Shown here piece after piece: positions 24,437 to 34,791 of a stretch of DNA of 55,693 nt. Made by a program: the position numbers and the translations under genes. This stretch comes from a virus (Duplodnaviria; Caudoviricetes): positions 1 to 55,693 of the IMG/VR virus record IMGVR_UViG_3300022696_000140. One strand, given 5' to 3'. Within the stretch, counting starts at the first letter, position 1. Every line of letters starts with the position of its first letter. Below the pieces are notes generated by a model. That model was not told the DNA's origin, searched no databases, and saw nothing but the letters and a program-made list of their open reading frames with translations.

Positions 24437-26317
24437 TCAAATAATTTCACAAGCCCCGCCACCACACGCAACTTCTCCCTTTAAATCTGTATTGTCTTTA
24501 TCTTCAGATACTTTAGTTAAATCTATTTTTCTTGCAAACTTTGAAAGTTCGTTATATTTACTTTCATCAATTTCTTCAAATGGTGCTTGAACATATGTGC
24601 CACCATCATGAGGCAACACTGAAATACCGTTATAGAAATCTCTATTGTTCCACATCCACTCACCGACTTCATCCCATTCATCATCTTTTAAATTAACAGT
24701 ACAACTAACATTATGTGTGTTGTGTCCAGAAACATGAGAAGGACTGATCCAATCTTTATGAAAACGTTTGACTCTTTCAAGTAAGTCTAACGATCTCTCA
24801 GTTCTAAATATAGCAGAATCGCTATTCACTTTAATAGGAATAGAAACTACTCCCTGAGTGTATGGTTTGTGAAAATCATCTTCAACTAAATTAGGAATAG
24901 CTTTTTTAAGATAATTATAAATTGCTTCATCCTTGCCAAATCTCATTCTACGAACATAATAAGGAGAATGCCACGAATGAATACCAGAAGAAGTTCCTAA
25001 CACAAGAGAACCACTACCTTCAGGTTTAATTGTTCCTATTCTCTTTGCTGGATTGATATTAATAATGTTAGCAACTCTTTCATTTTCTTCGATAGATAAT
25101 TTTGAAGATTCTTTAATATCGAATTCTAAAATTTTACCTGAAGCAATTCCTGTCATAGAAACACCTAACAATGCTTCATTTTCAGCGTTTTCTTGCCATT
25201 CTGGTCTCAAATAATGAAAATCTGTATAGCTTGCTTGAATGGTTCCTATCAGTGTAGCAGCTTTAACTCTTTTGTTAAGTTCTTCTTGGCTATCAATATC
25301 CGAAACATTAATACTTGTTAGATTACAAAATCCCATCGGTCTAAGAGAAATTTCAGCACATGGATTTGTTCCAGCATCTTTATCATTACTTAAATACAAT
25401 CCAGGCTCACCAGAACCAGAAGCCCTAACTCTATCCCAAAGAAATTTAAAATCTTTATTCTTTATTCTATGTCTAAGCATAAAGACTGAATTGTTGGCTC
25501 TTCCTCTTTGTGGGTTAAGTTCCCACCAATTACCAAATTTACATTCCATCATTTCATGATCATTAAAACTAAAGAGAGAAATTAATGCTGATCTACGAAT
25601 ACCACCAGATAAAACAGCATCTGCTAAATGACAACAAATATCATGAACTTCAATTGGTTTTATACTACACCCAAAACCCCTTTCAGATATTGCTAAGTCT
25701 AAAACCTTTTTTACATTATGCAAAGCATCTTTTAATGGTTGAGCGCCAGGAGCAATACCACCAGCTGTTTTGAGAGGAGTTCCAGCAGGTCTAATATCAC
25801 TAAAATCAAATTTCGGCATTGGTTTATTGAAAAAATATGCCTTCATTAAAACTTTAACAGCATCAGACCATCCAATTATTGAATCCTCAATTAAAAATTT
25901 TCTTGTTCTTTTTGATGGGCCGAGAAGTGTAGGAAGTTTTTGTACATGATGAAACTGTACAGAATAACCAACACCACATCCACACATCAATAGAAACATC
26001 ACCTCATGAAAAGCCTCCCATGAGTCTATTGGTAGATATGAACAATTGTATTGTCTCGCATGATTCAACTCAACAGCTCTACCAGCAAATTGACAAGAAC
26101 GCATTGATGGCAAAACTTTTTTATCTCTAACAAAATTGAATGCTTCTTTTATTTCATTTTTAAATTCAGAATTTAAATCTTTATATTTTTTTAAATGCAT
26201 ATTCTCTATTCTGTCAACAATCTCATTCCATGTTTCTCTTCTACCTAAGTCACTTCTATATTTAGCATATTTTGAATATACAGTTAAGTCTGATAAAATT
26301 TTAATAGAATTGTCCAC
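24437..26317 (-). CDS. nrdJ: Class II (B12-dependent) ribonucleotide reductase
   Basis: YNCS, RRSA, TNPCAEI, TIKPEG, YVQAPFEEI, C-terminal CGGGAC; no small-subunit gene adjacent. Confidence 0.92.
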   Translation of the reverse strand: MDNSIKILSDLTVYSKYAKYRSDLGRRETWNEIVDRIENMHLKKYKDLNSEFKNEIKEAFNFVRDKKVLPSMRSCQFAGRAVELNHARQYNCSYLPIDSWEAFHEVMFLLMCGCGVGYSVQFHHVQKLPTLLGPSKRTRKFLIEDSIIGWSDAVKVLMKAYFFNKPMPKFDFSDIRPAGTPLKTAGGIAPGAQPLKDALHNVKKVLDLAISERGFGCSIKPIEVHDICCHLADAVLSGGIRRSALISLFSFNDHEMMECKFGNWWELNPQRGRANNSVFMLRHRIKNKDFKFLWDRVRASGSGEPGLYLSNDKDAGTNPCAEISLRPMGFCNLTSINVSDIDSQEELNKRVKAATLIGTIQASYTDFHYLRPEWQENAENEALLGVSMTGIASGKILEFDIKESSKLSIEENERVANIININPAKRIGTIKPEGSGSLVLGTSSGIHSWHSPYYVRRMRFGKDEAIYNYLKKAIPNLVEDDFHKPYTQGVVSIPIKVNSDSAIFRTERSLDLLERVKRFHKDWISPSHVSGHNTHNVSCTVNLKDDEWDEVGEWMWNNRDFYNGISVLPHDGGTYVQAPFEEIDESKYNELSKFARKIDLTKVSEDKDNTDLKGEVACGGGACEII

Positions 26318-26447
26318 TACCTACCACCTCCACGATACTTTGTAAAATAAACGTCTAACAAAACGATAATCAATTTCAAATTTAAATAAACAATCTTTAA
26401 TATATTTTTTATAGAATTTACATAAAAATTAAACATCACATTCTCCA

Positions 26448-27572
26448 TCACAAAACAGGACTTTCTAACATATCAATAACACCATCTTTTTTATTCCACA
26501 CAAAAGCACTCGCACCTTTAATATTACAGGTATACCCCATTTTAGAATGCCATGAATCTGTTGCAGTTAAAGATTTCATATACCTAACAATAACACCCTT
26601 ACTATCAAAAGTGCTCATATACTTAATTTCTTTAGTATGATGTAAATGTCCGAGATGTACTTCTTTAAAAGTACACTCACTTGAATATTTACATTCCTGC
26701 AACATCAAAAGAGGAAGGTCGTTAGCTTTCACATCATTTCCATGAGTATAACAAATTAAACAATCACCAAAACGATAATATTTTCTTGGATATTCTTCAT
26801 TATATATAGTTACTGATTCATCATTTTCATACAAACATTCTAAACAATCACCAACATAATACATTCTCTGCTCATCATGATTACCAGGAACAACAACGAC
26901 ATCAACTGGAGCGAACTGTTTTAAATACTCAATGGCTTTAATCAATATTTTTCTACCCAACTTATAAGTCTTTTGCCAACGAGCGTCCTCATGCTGTGGA
27001 GTACCTTTTGTAGTAGCATTTATTAAACTATCTGAATTAAAAAAATCATTTCCAATTGGAAAAACTATTTTTTCATAACCAAACTTTTTAGCTCTTTCAA
27101 CCAAATTTTCTAAATTTCCAATGAATCTTTTCTCTGCAATTTTAATATCATAATTATCTCCAGATTCTGGCGACCAACAAAGTTGACCTAAATGCAAATC
27201 AAATAAATTCAACTCTAACAAATTGTCTGTTTTTCTACCAAAATTATATTTTATTTTAGGAAATTTCTTAGGTTGCAATTCTTTAATAGACTCCACAAAT
27301 TCTTTTTTCAAAAATTCAAAATCAAATTTTATATTATTTCTAATTAACCATATTTTGGTTTGATAGTTTCTAAAAGTTTCACCTACAGCGTTAGTGACAT
27401 CCCAACTATTTATAACATGTCTCTGAACTACCCAAATTTCAGTATCTACTTTGAACAACTTTAGAGCTTGTTCTACCGTTAAAGGTTTATTTTTTCTTGT
27501 GACCATACCATGAGCATTTTCACCCTCTTCGATGTATTTTTCTTGTTCAATATCAGTTATTTCTTTTTCCAT
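26448..27572 (-). CDS. Calcineurin-like metallophosphoesterase
   Basis: DLHLG, GND, PGNHD, THG, GHLH. Confidence 0.85.
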   Translation of the reverse strand: MEKEITDIEQEKYIEEGENAHGMVTRKNKPLTVEQALKLFKVDTEIWVVQRHVINSWDVTNAVGETFRNYQTKIWLIRNNIKFDFEFLKKEFVESIKELQPKKFPKIKYNFGRKTDNLLELNLFDLHLGQLCWSPESGDNYDIKIAEKRFIGNLENLVERAKKFGYEKIVFPIGNDFFNSDSLINATTKGTPQHEDARWQKTYKLGRKILIKAIEYLKQFAPVDVVVVPGNHDEQRMYYVGDCLECLYENDESVTIYNEEYPRKYYRFGDCLICYTHGNDVKANDLPLLMLQECKYSSECTFKEVHLGHLHHTKEIKYMSTFDSKGVIVRYMKSLTATDSWHSKMGYTCNIKGASAFVWNKKDGVIDMLESPVL

Positions 27573-27774
27573 TGTGCAATCCTTTTGAATTGTTAAAATA
27601 ATCTAAAAATTCTTCTAACTCAAATATCCTAGATTTTAAATCTTTAACACTATACTTATATTTTCCACTATTCAATATAGTTTTTAAAATATCTATAGAA
27701 TATTTGATTTCATCTCTACTCATACTCTGAACAGGTTTCCTAAACGCATGATTAGTACCAAAACAATTATTCAT
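27553..27774 (-). CDS. Hypothetical protein
   Basis: ORF overlapping both neighbours. Confidence 0.65.
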   Translation of the reverse strand: MNNCFGTNHAFRKPVQSMSRDEIKYSIDILKTILNSGKYKYSVKDLKSRIFELEEFLDYFNNSKGLHNGKRNN

Positions 27775-28259
27775 AATAAATTTAAATCTTTCTTATTTAT
27801 CAAAACAAACTTATATCCTTTTTTATTGCAGTATTTTATTGCAGACTCCCATTTATTTTTATTCTCTACATATTTTTTCATAGCATATTGATAATTTTCT
27901 ACTGATTTTTTGGTTTTTCTTTTTGGTTCTTTTGGTTTGTTAGAATAGTCAAAACCCCTCTCTGTTAGTATAGGGCCTTGCTTTTCTGGTTTAATTTCAA
28001 CGATATATTTTTGTATTTTACCATTCTTATCTAAAACTTCCATGTACCCATCAGTGATATACGTTCTTTTTTTATTTTCAATCTCATACAAATATGGAAT
28101 GTTTACTAATTCACTTGCCCATCTAACAACATTAGTGTTGTGGTCACAATAATACATCCATCTTTCCTCCCAACTACTACGAAAGAAGGGAGAATTTTTG
28201 CCAATATATTTTTTAGGATTTTTTAATTCGTAGTAATCTTGTTTCCATGTGCTACTCAA
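27771..28259 (-). CDS. 4: Head completion nuclease (gp4-like)
   Basis: NPKKYIG, RSSWE, WASE, VEIKP, NKNKW. Confidence 0.92.
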   Translation of the reverse strand: MSSTWKQDYYELKNPKKYIGKNSPFFRSSWEERWMYYCDHNTNVVRWASELVNIPYLYEIENKKRTYITDGYMEVLDKNGKIQKYIVEIKPEKQGPILTERGFDYSNKPKEPKRKTKKSVENYQYAMKKYVENKNKWESAIKYCNKKGYKFVLINKKDLNLL

Positions 28260-28914
28260 CTTTAACTTTTCTGTTTACTTTTCCAAGTTTTGGTGTTGGT
28301 GCTTTAAATGCTAAAGTGATACTACCCTTTATCTTTCTCGGGGGATCGCTTCTCATAAAAACTTTATTCTTTTTATCAATAGCAATAGAAGTTATTTTAT
28401 TACCTCTTGTTAGAATTCTAACATCAAAAGAATTTCCCAATTTTTCAGCATAGAAGTTTTTTATTGTCATCAAATCATCTAATGTTTCTACATCTTTATT
28501 TTTTGTTGCTTCAATTATTTTTTCTTGTATCTCTTTGCTTTTGGGTTTAAGAAACACAATATCATTTAATCCTTTTTTTCTAAATATTCTTTTTATTCTT
28601 TTTTGATATAGATCAAAATTAAAATCTTCTGACACACCATCCCAAGGAAGAAGATCATATATCTCTTTGGATGAAAACATCCATTTAGTTCCAAACACTT
28701 TTATATTAACATCAGCATCATCCAAAATCCTATTCCAATTTCCAGATTTTGGTTTTATATCCCATCCTGGCCCAGTGGACACGTTAGCTTCAAATTCTAA
28801 CCCAACAAGTTTTAAAGCCTTAACAAAAGTTTTTTCAAACTCTTTACCTTTAAGACCAGAGTCCTCAATATCTTTAACTTCATTTATAAATTTCAAAAAT
28901 TTAGATTCTGCCAT
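28252..28914 (-). CDS. Hypothetical protein, possible PD-(D/E)xK nuclease fold
   Basis: GKEFE...GWDI...DVNIK spacing. Confidence 0.5.
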   Translation of the reverse strand: MAESKFLKFINEVKDIEDSGLKGKEFEKTFVKALKLVGLEFEANVSTGPGWDIKPKSGNWNRILDDADVNIKVFGTKWMFSSKEIYDLLPWDGVSEDFNFDLYQKRIKRIFRKKGLNDIVFLKPKSKEIQEKIIEATKNKDVETLDDLMTIKNFYAEKLGNSFDVRILTRGNKITSIAIDKKNKVFMRSDPPRKIKGSITLAFKAPTPKLGKVNRKVKVE

Positions 28915-28916
28915 TT

Positions 28917-29801
28917 TTAAACTCCATCCAATTTTCTTAACAATTCTCTATGTTCTGATATTTCTTTCGATAATTTTAAACATTTATTATCAACAAGAAA
29001 TTTTTCAAAATTATTTAAATTTATTTTTTTAATTTTATTATTTTCATATTCAATCAAAATATCATTATATACTTCATGTGGAATGCTGTCAAAATCAATC
29101 AACATTTTATTTCTTTGATAGTTAAATCTATAAGTCTCACCATCTTCTTCTCTTTCAAAGAATTCTTCCAATCCTTCATTAAGAATTTTCTCTGCTGTCT
29201 TTATACCACATCTCTCCTTAATTGCGGGGATATTGTCTGATCGATCACCTGTTATTATTTTTAAAATTAATTCTTTTTCACAATTAATAGGACTTTTAAA
29301 CTTTTTTTCAATAGGATTAAATATTTTGACGTTATCGAATTTTAATAATTGATGCATATCTTTATCAGAAGATATTACAACTTTGTTGTCTCTTGGAGAA
29401 TATTTTTCTTTTATTAAAACTGCAATGACATCATCAGCCTCAGCAGTGTCAACATAAACATATTTAAAATTAGTTATAACATTTCTCATGTCATATAAAA
29501 ACTTATTGCTGACATCATAAAACTTTTTAAAATCTATGTTAGATTTATCCCTTTTTTCTTTTCTATTTGATTTATATTCTTTTAAATATTTTTTGCGCCA
29601 AGGAGATTTTGAATCCAAAGCAACAACAATCTCATCAGGAGAAAATTCTCTTAGTATATGAAAAATAGAATTTATCATCAAATGTTTCCAATATGAAAAA
29701 TCTTCATTCCCCATATTATTTTCATCAAACTCCGAAACATATAAAACTCTATACATCAAATTATGATAATCTAACAAAACTATATTTTTATTCATTTTCA
29801 A
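28917..29801 (-). CDS. rnh: RNase H / 5'-3' exonuclease (T4 rnh-like)
   Basis: YKSNR, EADDVIA, SSDKD, GDRSDNIP. Confidence 0.93.
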   Translation of the reverse strand: MKMNKNIVLLDYHNLMYRVLYVSEFDENNMGNEDFSYWKHLMINSIFHILREFSPDEIVVALDSKSPWRKKYLKEYKSNRKEKRDKSNIDFKKFYDVSNKFLYDMRNVITNFKYVYVDTAEADDVIAVLIKEKYSPRDNKVVISSDKDMHQLLKFDNVKIFNPIEKKFKSPINCEKELILKIITGDRSDNIPAIKERCGIKTAEKILNEGLEEFFEREEDGETYRFNYQRNKMLIDFDSIPHEVYNDILIEYENNKIKKINLNNFEKFLVDNKCLKLSKEISEHRELLRKLDGV

Positions 29802-30454
29802 TCTCTTTTCATTTTTTCAAGAAATGGTGTTACTAATAAATTTTCTGGTTGTCTTTTTGTGACTCTATTAAAAACATCTCTAATGTTTTGGTCAATGGCT
29901 CTAATATCATCCAAACCAAAACGAAGCCTCAACTCTTGAAGCAATAATTTAGCACTGTAGAAAGCATCAACAACATCATTAACATAACATGCACCATAAT
30001 CATTTAAATTTATCTTATCACCATTGGTATCGTAGAAACGCAACATCAAATTCTTATCAGCATTTCCATTGCCTGTTGCAAATTTTTTGATGCTCTTAGG
30101 ATCATATATTCTAACTTTAGAATCGTATCGCTCAACAAACAAAGATTTTAATAGAGAGGTGGCCTCAGCAATATCAAACACTCTACCAACAGAACCATAA
30201 GAATACCCTTCAAAAGACACATAATCTATTTTAGAATATTCCAAAAAATCAATTATCAGATTTCTAATATGTATGGATTTTTGAAAATTATATTCAAAAT
30301 CTTTATTCTTAATCCAAGAAATACTATCTGAGGAATCTTTTTTTGTTCTTGAGACTGCAAAAAAATTTTTTGCTATTATTTCAAAATCACCATTCAATTC
30401 AAAAACAACAACAGACGGGGATGTTATAGAACAGTCAACACCAGCTATAACCAT
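29798..30454 (-). CDS. RuvC-like Holliday junction resolvase
   Basis: AGVDCS, FEGYSYG, IKKFATGNGNADK, DVVDAF. Confidence 0.85.
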   Translation of the reverse strand: MVIAGVDCSITSPSVVVFELNGDFEIIAKNFFAVSRTKKDSSDSISWIKNKDFEYNFQKSIHIRNLIIDFLEYSKIDYVSFEGYSYGSVGRVFDIAEATSLLKSLFVERYDSKVRIYDPKSIKKFATGNGNADKNLMLRFYDTNGDKINLNDYGACYVNDVVDAFYSAKLLLQELRLRFGLDDIRAIDQNIRDVFNRVTKRQPENLLVTPFLEKMKRD

Positions 30455-30466
30455 AAATAGAATCCT

Positions 30467-31477
30467 CTATGTAAAATAAATAGTATCATATATATTGTTA
30501 GTAAAAAAAGGCTTCAAATCTTTTATCGTTAAAAAATCTTTATTTGAAGATATAATAAAATCATTGATGTCTTTAATATTTATAATTTTATAATGAGCCA
30601 AAAACTTTTTCCAATTAAAAACATAATGACCTTTTTTTAAATACTTCAAACTAAAACTTCTACCATCAGCATCATTATCAAAAAGAAAGACTTTATTAGG
30701 AATCCTATCTATTTTATCATACACTTCAGTTTTTATTTTTGTTCCAAGAACCGATATAGAATTTTCCACAAAAAAACTATCTATGACTCCTTCAAGAATA
30801 ATAACAATATTATTCTTATCCACAAAATCAAAATTATAAATAGCGTTAGTCTTTCCGAAAGGTCTGTTTAAATATTTTGGTTCATCATTATATAAAGCTC
30901 TACATTGATAATAAATAGTTTTATTTTTTTTATTTCGAAAAGGTATTAACAATCTATTTTTATAGAAACCATCAACCACAACATAAAAAGTTTTAATTTT
31001 TTCTAAAGGTATTTTTCTTTTTTTACAAAACTCAGTTGCATCTAAATGCAATTTGTTTTTAGATTTTAAATCCAATCTCTCTGCGTATTTTAAATTTTCA
31101 ACCTCATTTATCTTCTTCCTTTTTATCTCTTCTATTTTTTCTTTTTTTAATTTTTCTTCAAACTCTTTTTCTTTTCTATCAAGTTCATCTGTGTTAGTAT
31201 TAAATAAGTAACTTTTATATTGTAAATAGTATGAGTGAAAAAATCTCTTCAACCAAGAAATAGCGCCCATGCTAGCACCACAATTGTGACAATAATAAAC
31301 ATACCTATCTTTTTTTAATATATATCCTCGTTTTTTGTACTTATTTATTTTAGAATCTCCACAAATATTACATCTAAAATTGTAATAACTTGAATTACTA
31401 TAATTAACATTAGTGAATTCATTAGTTAAAACATTTTTTATAACAGTATCTAATATGTGTCTTTTTTCTATATCCAT
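30467..31477 (-). CDS. 61: DNA primase (gp61)
   Basis: RCNICGDS, CHNCG, EGVIDS, FDND. Confidence 0.93.
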   Translation of the reverse strand: MDIEKRHILDTVIKNVLTNEFTNVNYSNSSYYNFRCNICGDSKINKYKKRGYILKKDRYVYYCHNCGASMGAISWLKRFFHSYYLQYKSYLFNTNTDELDRKEKEFEEKLKKEKIEEIKRKKINEVENLKYAERLDLKSKNKLHLDATEFCKKRKIPLEKIKTFYVVVDGFYKNRLLIPFRNKKNKTIYYQCRALYNDEPKYLNRPFGKTNAIYNFDFVDKNNIVIILEGVIDSFFVENSISVLGTKIKTEVYDKIDRIPNKVFLFDNDADGRSFSLKYLKKGHYVFNWKKFLAHYKIINIKDINDFIISSNKDFLTIKDLKPFFTNNIYDTIYFT

Positions 31478-31482
31478 TATTT

Positions 31483-31506
31483 AAAAAGGGGCTTAATAAC
31501 CCCCAT
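31483..31506 (-). terminator. Intrinsic terminator after gp32
   Basis: GGGGTT-ATT-AAGCCCC-TTTTT. Confidence 0.6.
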
Positions 31507-31511
31507 AAAAA

Positions 31512-32444
31512 TTAATCATCCAACAAAGAATCTAAATCTTCATCATCCAAATCAAAATCATCAGAATCAAAATCAGTAGAACCTTTTTCGTTAGTATCAA
31601 CATCTACATCATCTTTCTCATCAATTTCTTCTGACTCTTCAGATTCTTCTGTTGGTAACTTAGATTTTTTTCTTCTAACTGGTTCTTCTTCTTGAAATTT
31701 TTCTCCACTCGATTTTTTAAAACCTAATATATCATTAAACTTCTTTTCTATTTCTTCATAAGATTGCATTTCACTTTTTAGAGAATCTGAATACTCTTGA
31801 AGATTGTACATATCTTCATATACTTGATCAATCTTATCATCATCTCCATTATATAAGGGAACACTTTCAGTGAAAGAACAATTATCATAATTAGGCATTG
31901 TACTATTACCGACTTTTTTGAGTTTAATTTTTAACTTAAAGTTTGCGCCTGAATAAAAATCAAAAATTTCAATAGGATCATCGATACTATCCTCTTCAGG
32001 TTTTCTCACTGATTCTATTTTTTGAAAGATAGTCTTGCCATATCTATATAAGAACACCTTTCCTTCATTATCAGGATTTTTATTATCTTTAATGACAATT
32101 ATGTTAGAAACAAAATTTTGTTTTCTTGATCTTTTTCTAACAGCATCCTCATCATGCGCCCAGTCTTCACCATTTTTCTTACAAATAGGACAATCTAAAC
32201 CAAAACTTGTGGGACAAATAACATTTAAGAATCTTCCATTATTTGAAATGTTGTGCCTATAATATTTGAAATATGGTAACTCTTCTAAATCTTTGTTTGG
32301 TAGAAATCTAATAATACCTTCAAATTTTCCATCTTTCCAATCTGGAGTATAAAATCTTTCATCTGAAAAAGAACTATTGCTCTCCTCAGATTTTTCAATC
32401 TTTTCTTGAACGGCATCCCAGTTGATTTTAAATTTTTTGCTCAT
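31512..32444 (-). CDS. 32: Single-stranded DNA-binding protein (gp32)
   Basis: IIRFLP, CP....DCPIC, NEGKVFLYRYGK, GANFKLK, acidic tail. Confidence 0.95.
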   Translation of the reverse strand: MSKKFKINWDAVQEKIEKSEESNSSFSDERFYTPDWKDGKFEGIIRFLPNKDLEELPYFKYYRHNISNNGRFLNVICPTSFGLDCPICKKNGEDWAHDEDAVRKRSRKQNFVSNIIVIKDNKNPDNEGKVFLYRYGKTIFQKIESVRKPEEDSIDDPIEIFDFYSGANFKLKIKLKKVGNSTMPNYDNCSFTESVPLYNGDDDKIDQVYEDMYNLQEYSDSLKSEMQSYEEIEKKFNDILGFKKSSGEKFQEEEPVRRKKSKLPTEESEESEEIDEKDDVDVDTNEKGSTDFDSDDFDLDDEDLDSLLDD

Positions 32445-32995
32445 GCAAAACTTCCTTTCGAATTAATAACCATTTTAATGTTATTGACAATGTTTTCAAA
32501 TTTTTTTATGTTAGAATTTTTTTCATTCACTTCTTCAACTTTTATAGATCGAACAATACTCATATATGTAATTGGTGATATATACTTATTCAACACCAAA
32601 TTATTATAAAGATAATTATTTCCATATCTATCTATAATAATAAATTTATTTACATTTTTAAACTTTAATTTTTTCTGAATTCTTTTAATAAAAGCAATAT
32701 CTTTTTTTATTCGATCTTTTGTTAAAACTTCTTTCATTTCACTTATGTTGGCTTTATCAATTTTTTTTAAATCTATTTTACCAAAAATAGAAATATAATA
32801 CATTATCAGAATAAAATCAATAATAGAATAAAAATTATTTTCAATATCATTATATATTCTTTTTATTTGTTTTTTTATAAAAACATTACTATTGTTATAC
32901 ATATTCTTTTTAACGTATACCCTTTTAAATTTCTTTTTATTGTTTACACTACTATTAACACTAATATATAAACAATAAACATCATAAGAAGTCAT
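32441..32995 (-). CDS. Possible divergent helicase loader (gp59-like)
   Basis: Synteny next to gp32; N-terminal YDVYCLY; basic. Confidence 0.45.
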   Translation of the reverse strand: MTSYDVYCLYISVNSSVNNKKKFKRVYVKKNMYNNSNVFIKKQIKRIYNDIENNFYSIIDFILIMYYISIFGKIDLKKIDKANISEMKEVLTKDRIKKDIAFIKRIQKKLKFKNVNKFIIIDRYGNNYLYNNLVLNKYISPITYMSIVRSIKVEEVNEKNSNIKKFENIVNNIKMVINSKGSFA

Positions 32996-33372
32996 GGTAA
33001 AAATATTTCCTTTTTTGTGAAATTATCCTCCTCCAATTCATTTTTTAAAACAATTAAATTTTCTTCATCAAGAAACCTTTTTAATTTACTAAAAGTTATA
33101 TAAGTATCATCAAGATAAAAAAGAATGTATTTTATTTTTATATTCCTATTCTTATTAAAATTCCTTATCACATTATTAAATTTTTTAATGCTACCATCAA
33201 ACACTTCTGTTGGTTTTTTAAAAAGAAAAAATAAATCCAAGTTTATGGATGCACACTCTTTTTCAAAATCAGAAAACAAAATATTTTCTATCCATTTCTC
33301 TTCAATGATATTATTTACGTTTCTAAAAAAATACTTATCTACCTTATCATATTTATTGTTTATATATTTCAC
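32992..33372 (-). CDS. Hypothetical protein, possibly gp33-like late coactivator
   Basis: Synteny only (33-59-32 order in T4) and weak C-terminal resemblance. Confidence 0.35.
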   Translation of the reverse strand: MKYINNKYDKVDKYFFRNVNNIIEEKWIENILFSDFEKECASINLDLFFLFKKPTEVFDGSIKKFNNVIRNFNKNRNIKIKYILFYLDDTYITFSKLKRFLDEENLIVLKNELEEDNFTKKEIFLP

Positions 33373-33373
33373 A

Positions 33374-34780
33374 TCAATTCTCCATATCTATAAAATCAAA
33401 ACTACTCTTCTTTTTATCTTTTTCTGAATTTGAAATTTCATTACTAACGGTATCAACATCAGAAATCTTTTTGTTGGATTTATAATTTTCAAAATCTTCT
33501 AACTCATCTTTGTCTTCTGATATTCTCATTTTACCATATTCCACTTTAACATTTTTACTAACTTTTTTTAAACCATATCTATTTTTTAAAATAACCCAAT
33601 TATATAAATTTAAATCTTTAAATTCATCTGTTTGGGTAATTCCAATAATCAAATCGGCAGTGGCTGCCTTACCAATACTATCTGCAATATCAGTAAGATC
33701 AAGTTCAGATATTCCAAAACCTTTCCTATTAGTTTGAGAGCTACTAACGACAGGTATGCCAGTCTCAACACTAATAGCACGAATCTCCTCAGAAATTATT
33801 CTACCATCAGTATATGTGTTTCCATCTTTTTGAGTTCTTATAGGCACAACTAAATCTAAATAATCTAAAAATATTATGTCAGGAGAAAATCTTTTTTTAG
33901 TATTCAATTCTTTTAACAAATTTCTAATATGATTAGCATTTATTGTTCTCGGTGCATATTCTTTAATTATCATTTTTGCATCAAAGTTTTTCCTTACGCT
34001 ATCAAAACTACTTTTTAAATCATTTTTAGTTTTTTTAAACAAATCATCCAACTCTATATCAAACAAATTTGCAAAAATTCTTCTTTTAATTTCTTTTTCT
34101 GACATCTCACATGAGATATATAAAACATTTTTATTTTGTAATAAAGAAGAAGTTGATAGAGAACATTTGTTTAAAGTTTTTCCCATGTTAGTTTCACCCA
34201 TAAATAACGTTAAAGATTTCTCATGAAAACCTCCACGTATAAAATAATCAAAATATTTTATATTTGTAGGAATAACATTATCTTTACTATGAATATCTTC
34301 ATAAAATTCATCAATGCTACTTTCAGAGAAAACATCAGTACCAATATTAGTATCAAAACTAAAACTAAGAACATCTTTTATCGAATCTGGAATATCATTT
34401 AATGAATTGACATCATCCCCATCTAAAAACTCTTTAGCCTTCAATATCTCATCAAAAATTAATTTCTTTTTGAAATACTCTTCAATCTCATCTAATAAAA
34501 CATTTGAATTGTATTCTCCTATTTCATATTCAATACAATCTTTAATTAGATAATTATAAACATGACGATCCTTAATCTTTAGTTTTAAATCGTGTATTGT
34601 TGGAAATTTTTTATATTTATTATTAAACTCTAAAACATCTTCAATGACATTTGCATTTTCATATTGAGTGAAAATGTCACTTTTTAAAAATGGTAACATT
34701 TTATCTCTAACAGAAATATCAGTGAATAAGAGTTTGATTATTATATTTTCAAACTCTACTGGAGAAATAGATTCTGACAT
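33374..34780 (-). CDS. 41: Replicative DNA helicase (gp41)
   Basis: GETNMGKT, SCEM, LDYL, SQTNR, LKNRYG. Confidence 0.95.
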   Translation of the reverse strand: MSESISPVEFENIIIKLLFTDISVRDKMLPFLKSDIFTQYENANVIEDVLEFNNKYKKFPTIHDLKLKIKDRHVYNYLIKDCIEYEIGEYNSNVLLDEIEEYFKKKLIFDEILKAKEFLDGDDVNSLNDIPDSIKDVLSFSFDTNIGTDVFSESSIDEFYEDIHSKDNVIPTNIKYFDYFIRGGFHEKSLTLFMGETNMGKTLNKCSLSTSSLLQNKNVLYISCEMSEKEIKRRIFANLFDIELDDLFKKTKNDLKSSFDSVRKNFDAKMIIKEYAPRTINANHIRNLLKELNTKKRFSPDIIFLDYLDLVVPIRTQKDGNTYTDGRIISEEIRAISVETGIPVVSSSQTNRKGFGISELDLTDIADSIGKAATADLIIGITQTDEFKDLNLYNWVILKNRYGLKKVSKNVKVEYGKMRISEDKDELEDFENYKSNKKISDVDTVSNEISNSEKDKKKSSFDFIDMEN

Positions 34781-34791
34781 TAAAAACCTTT

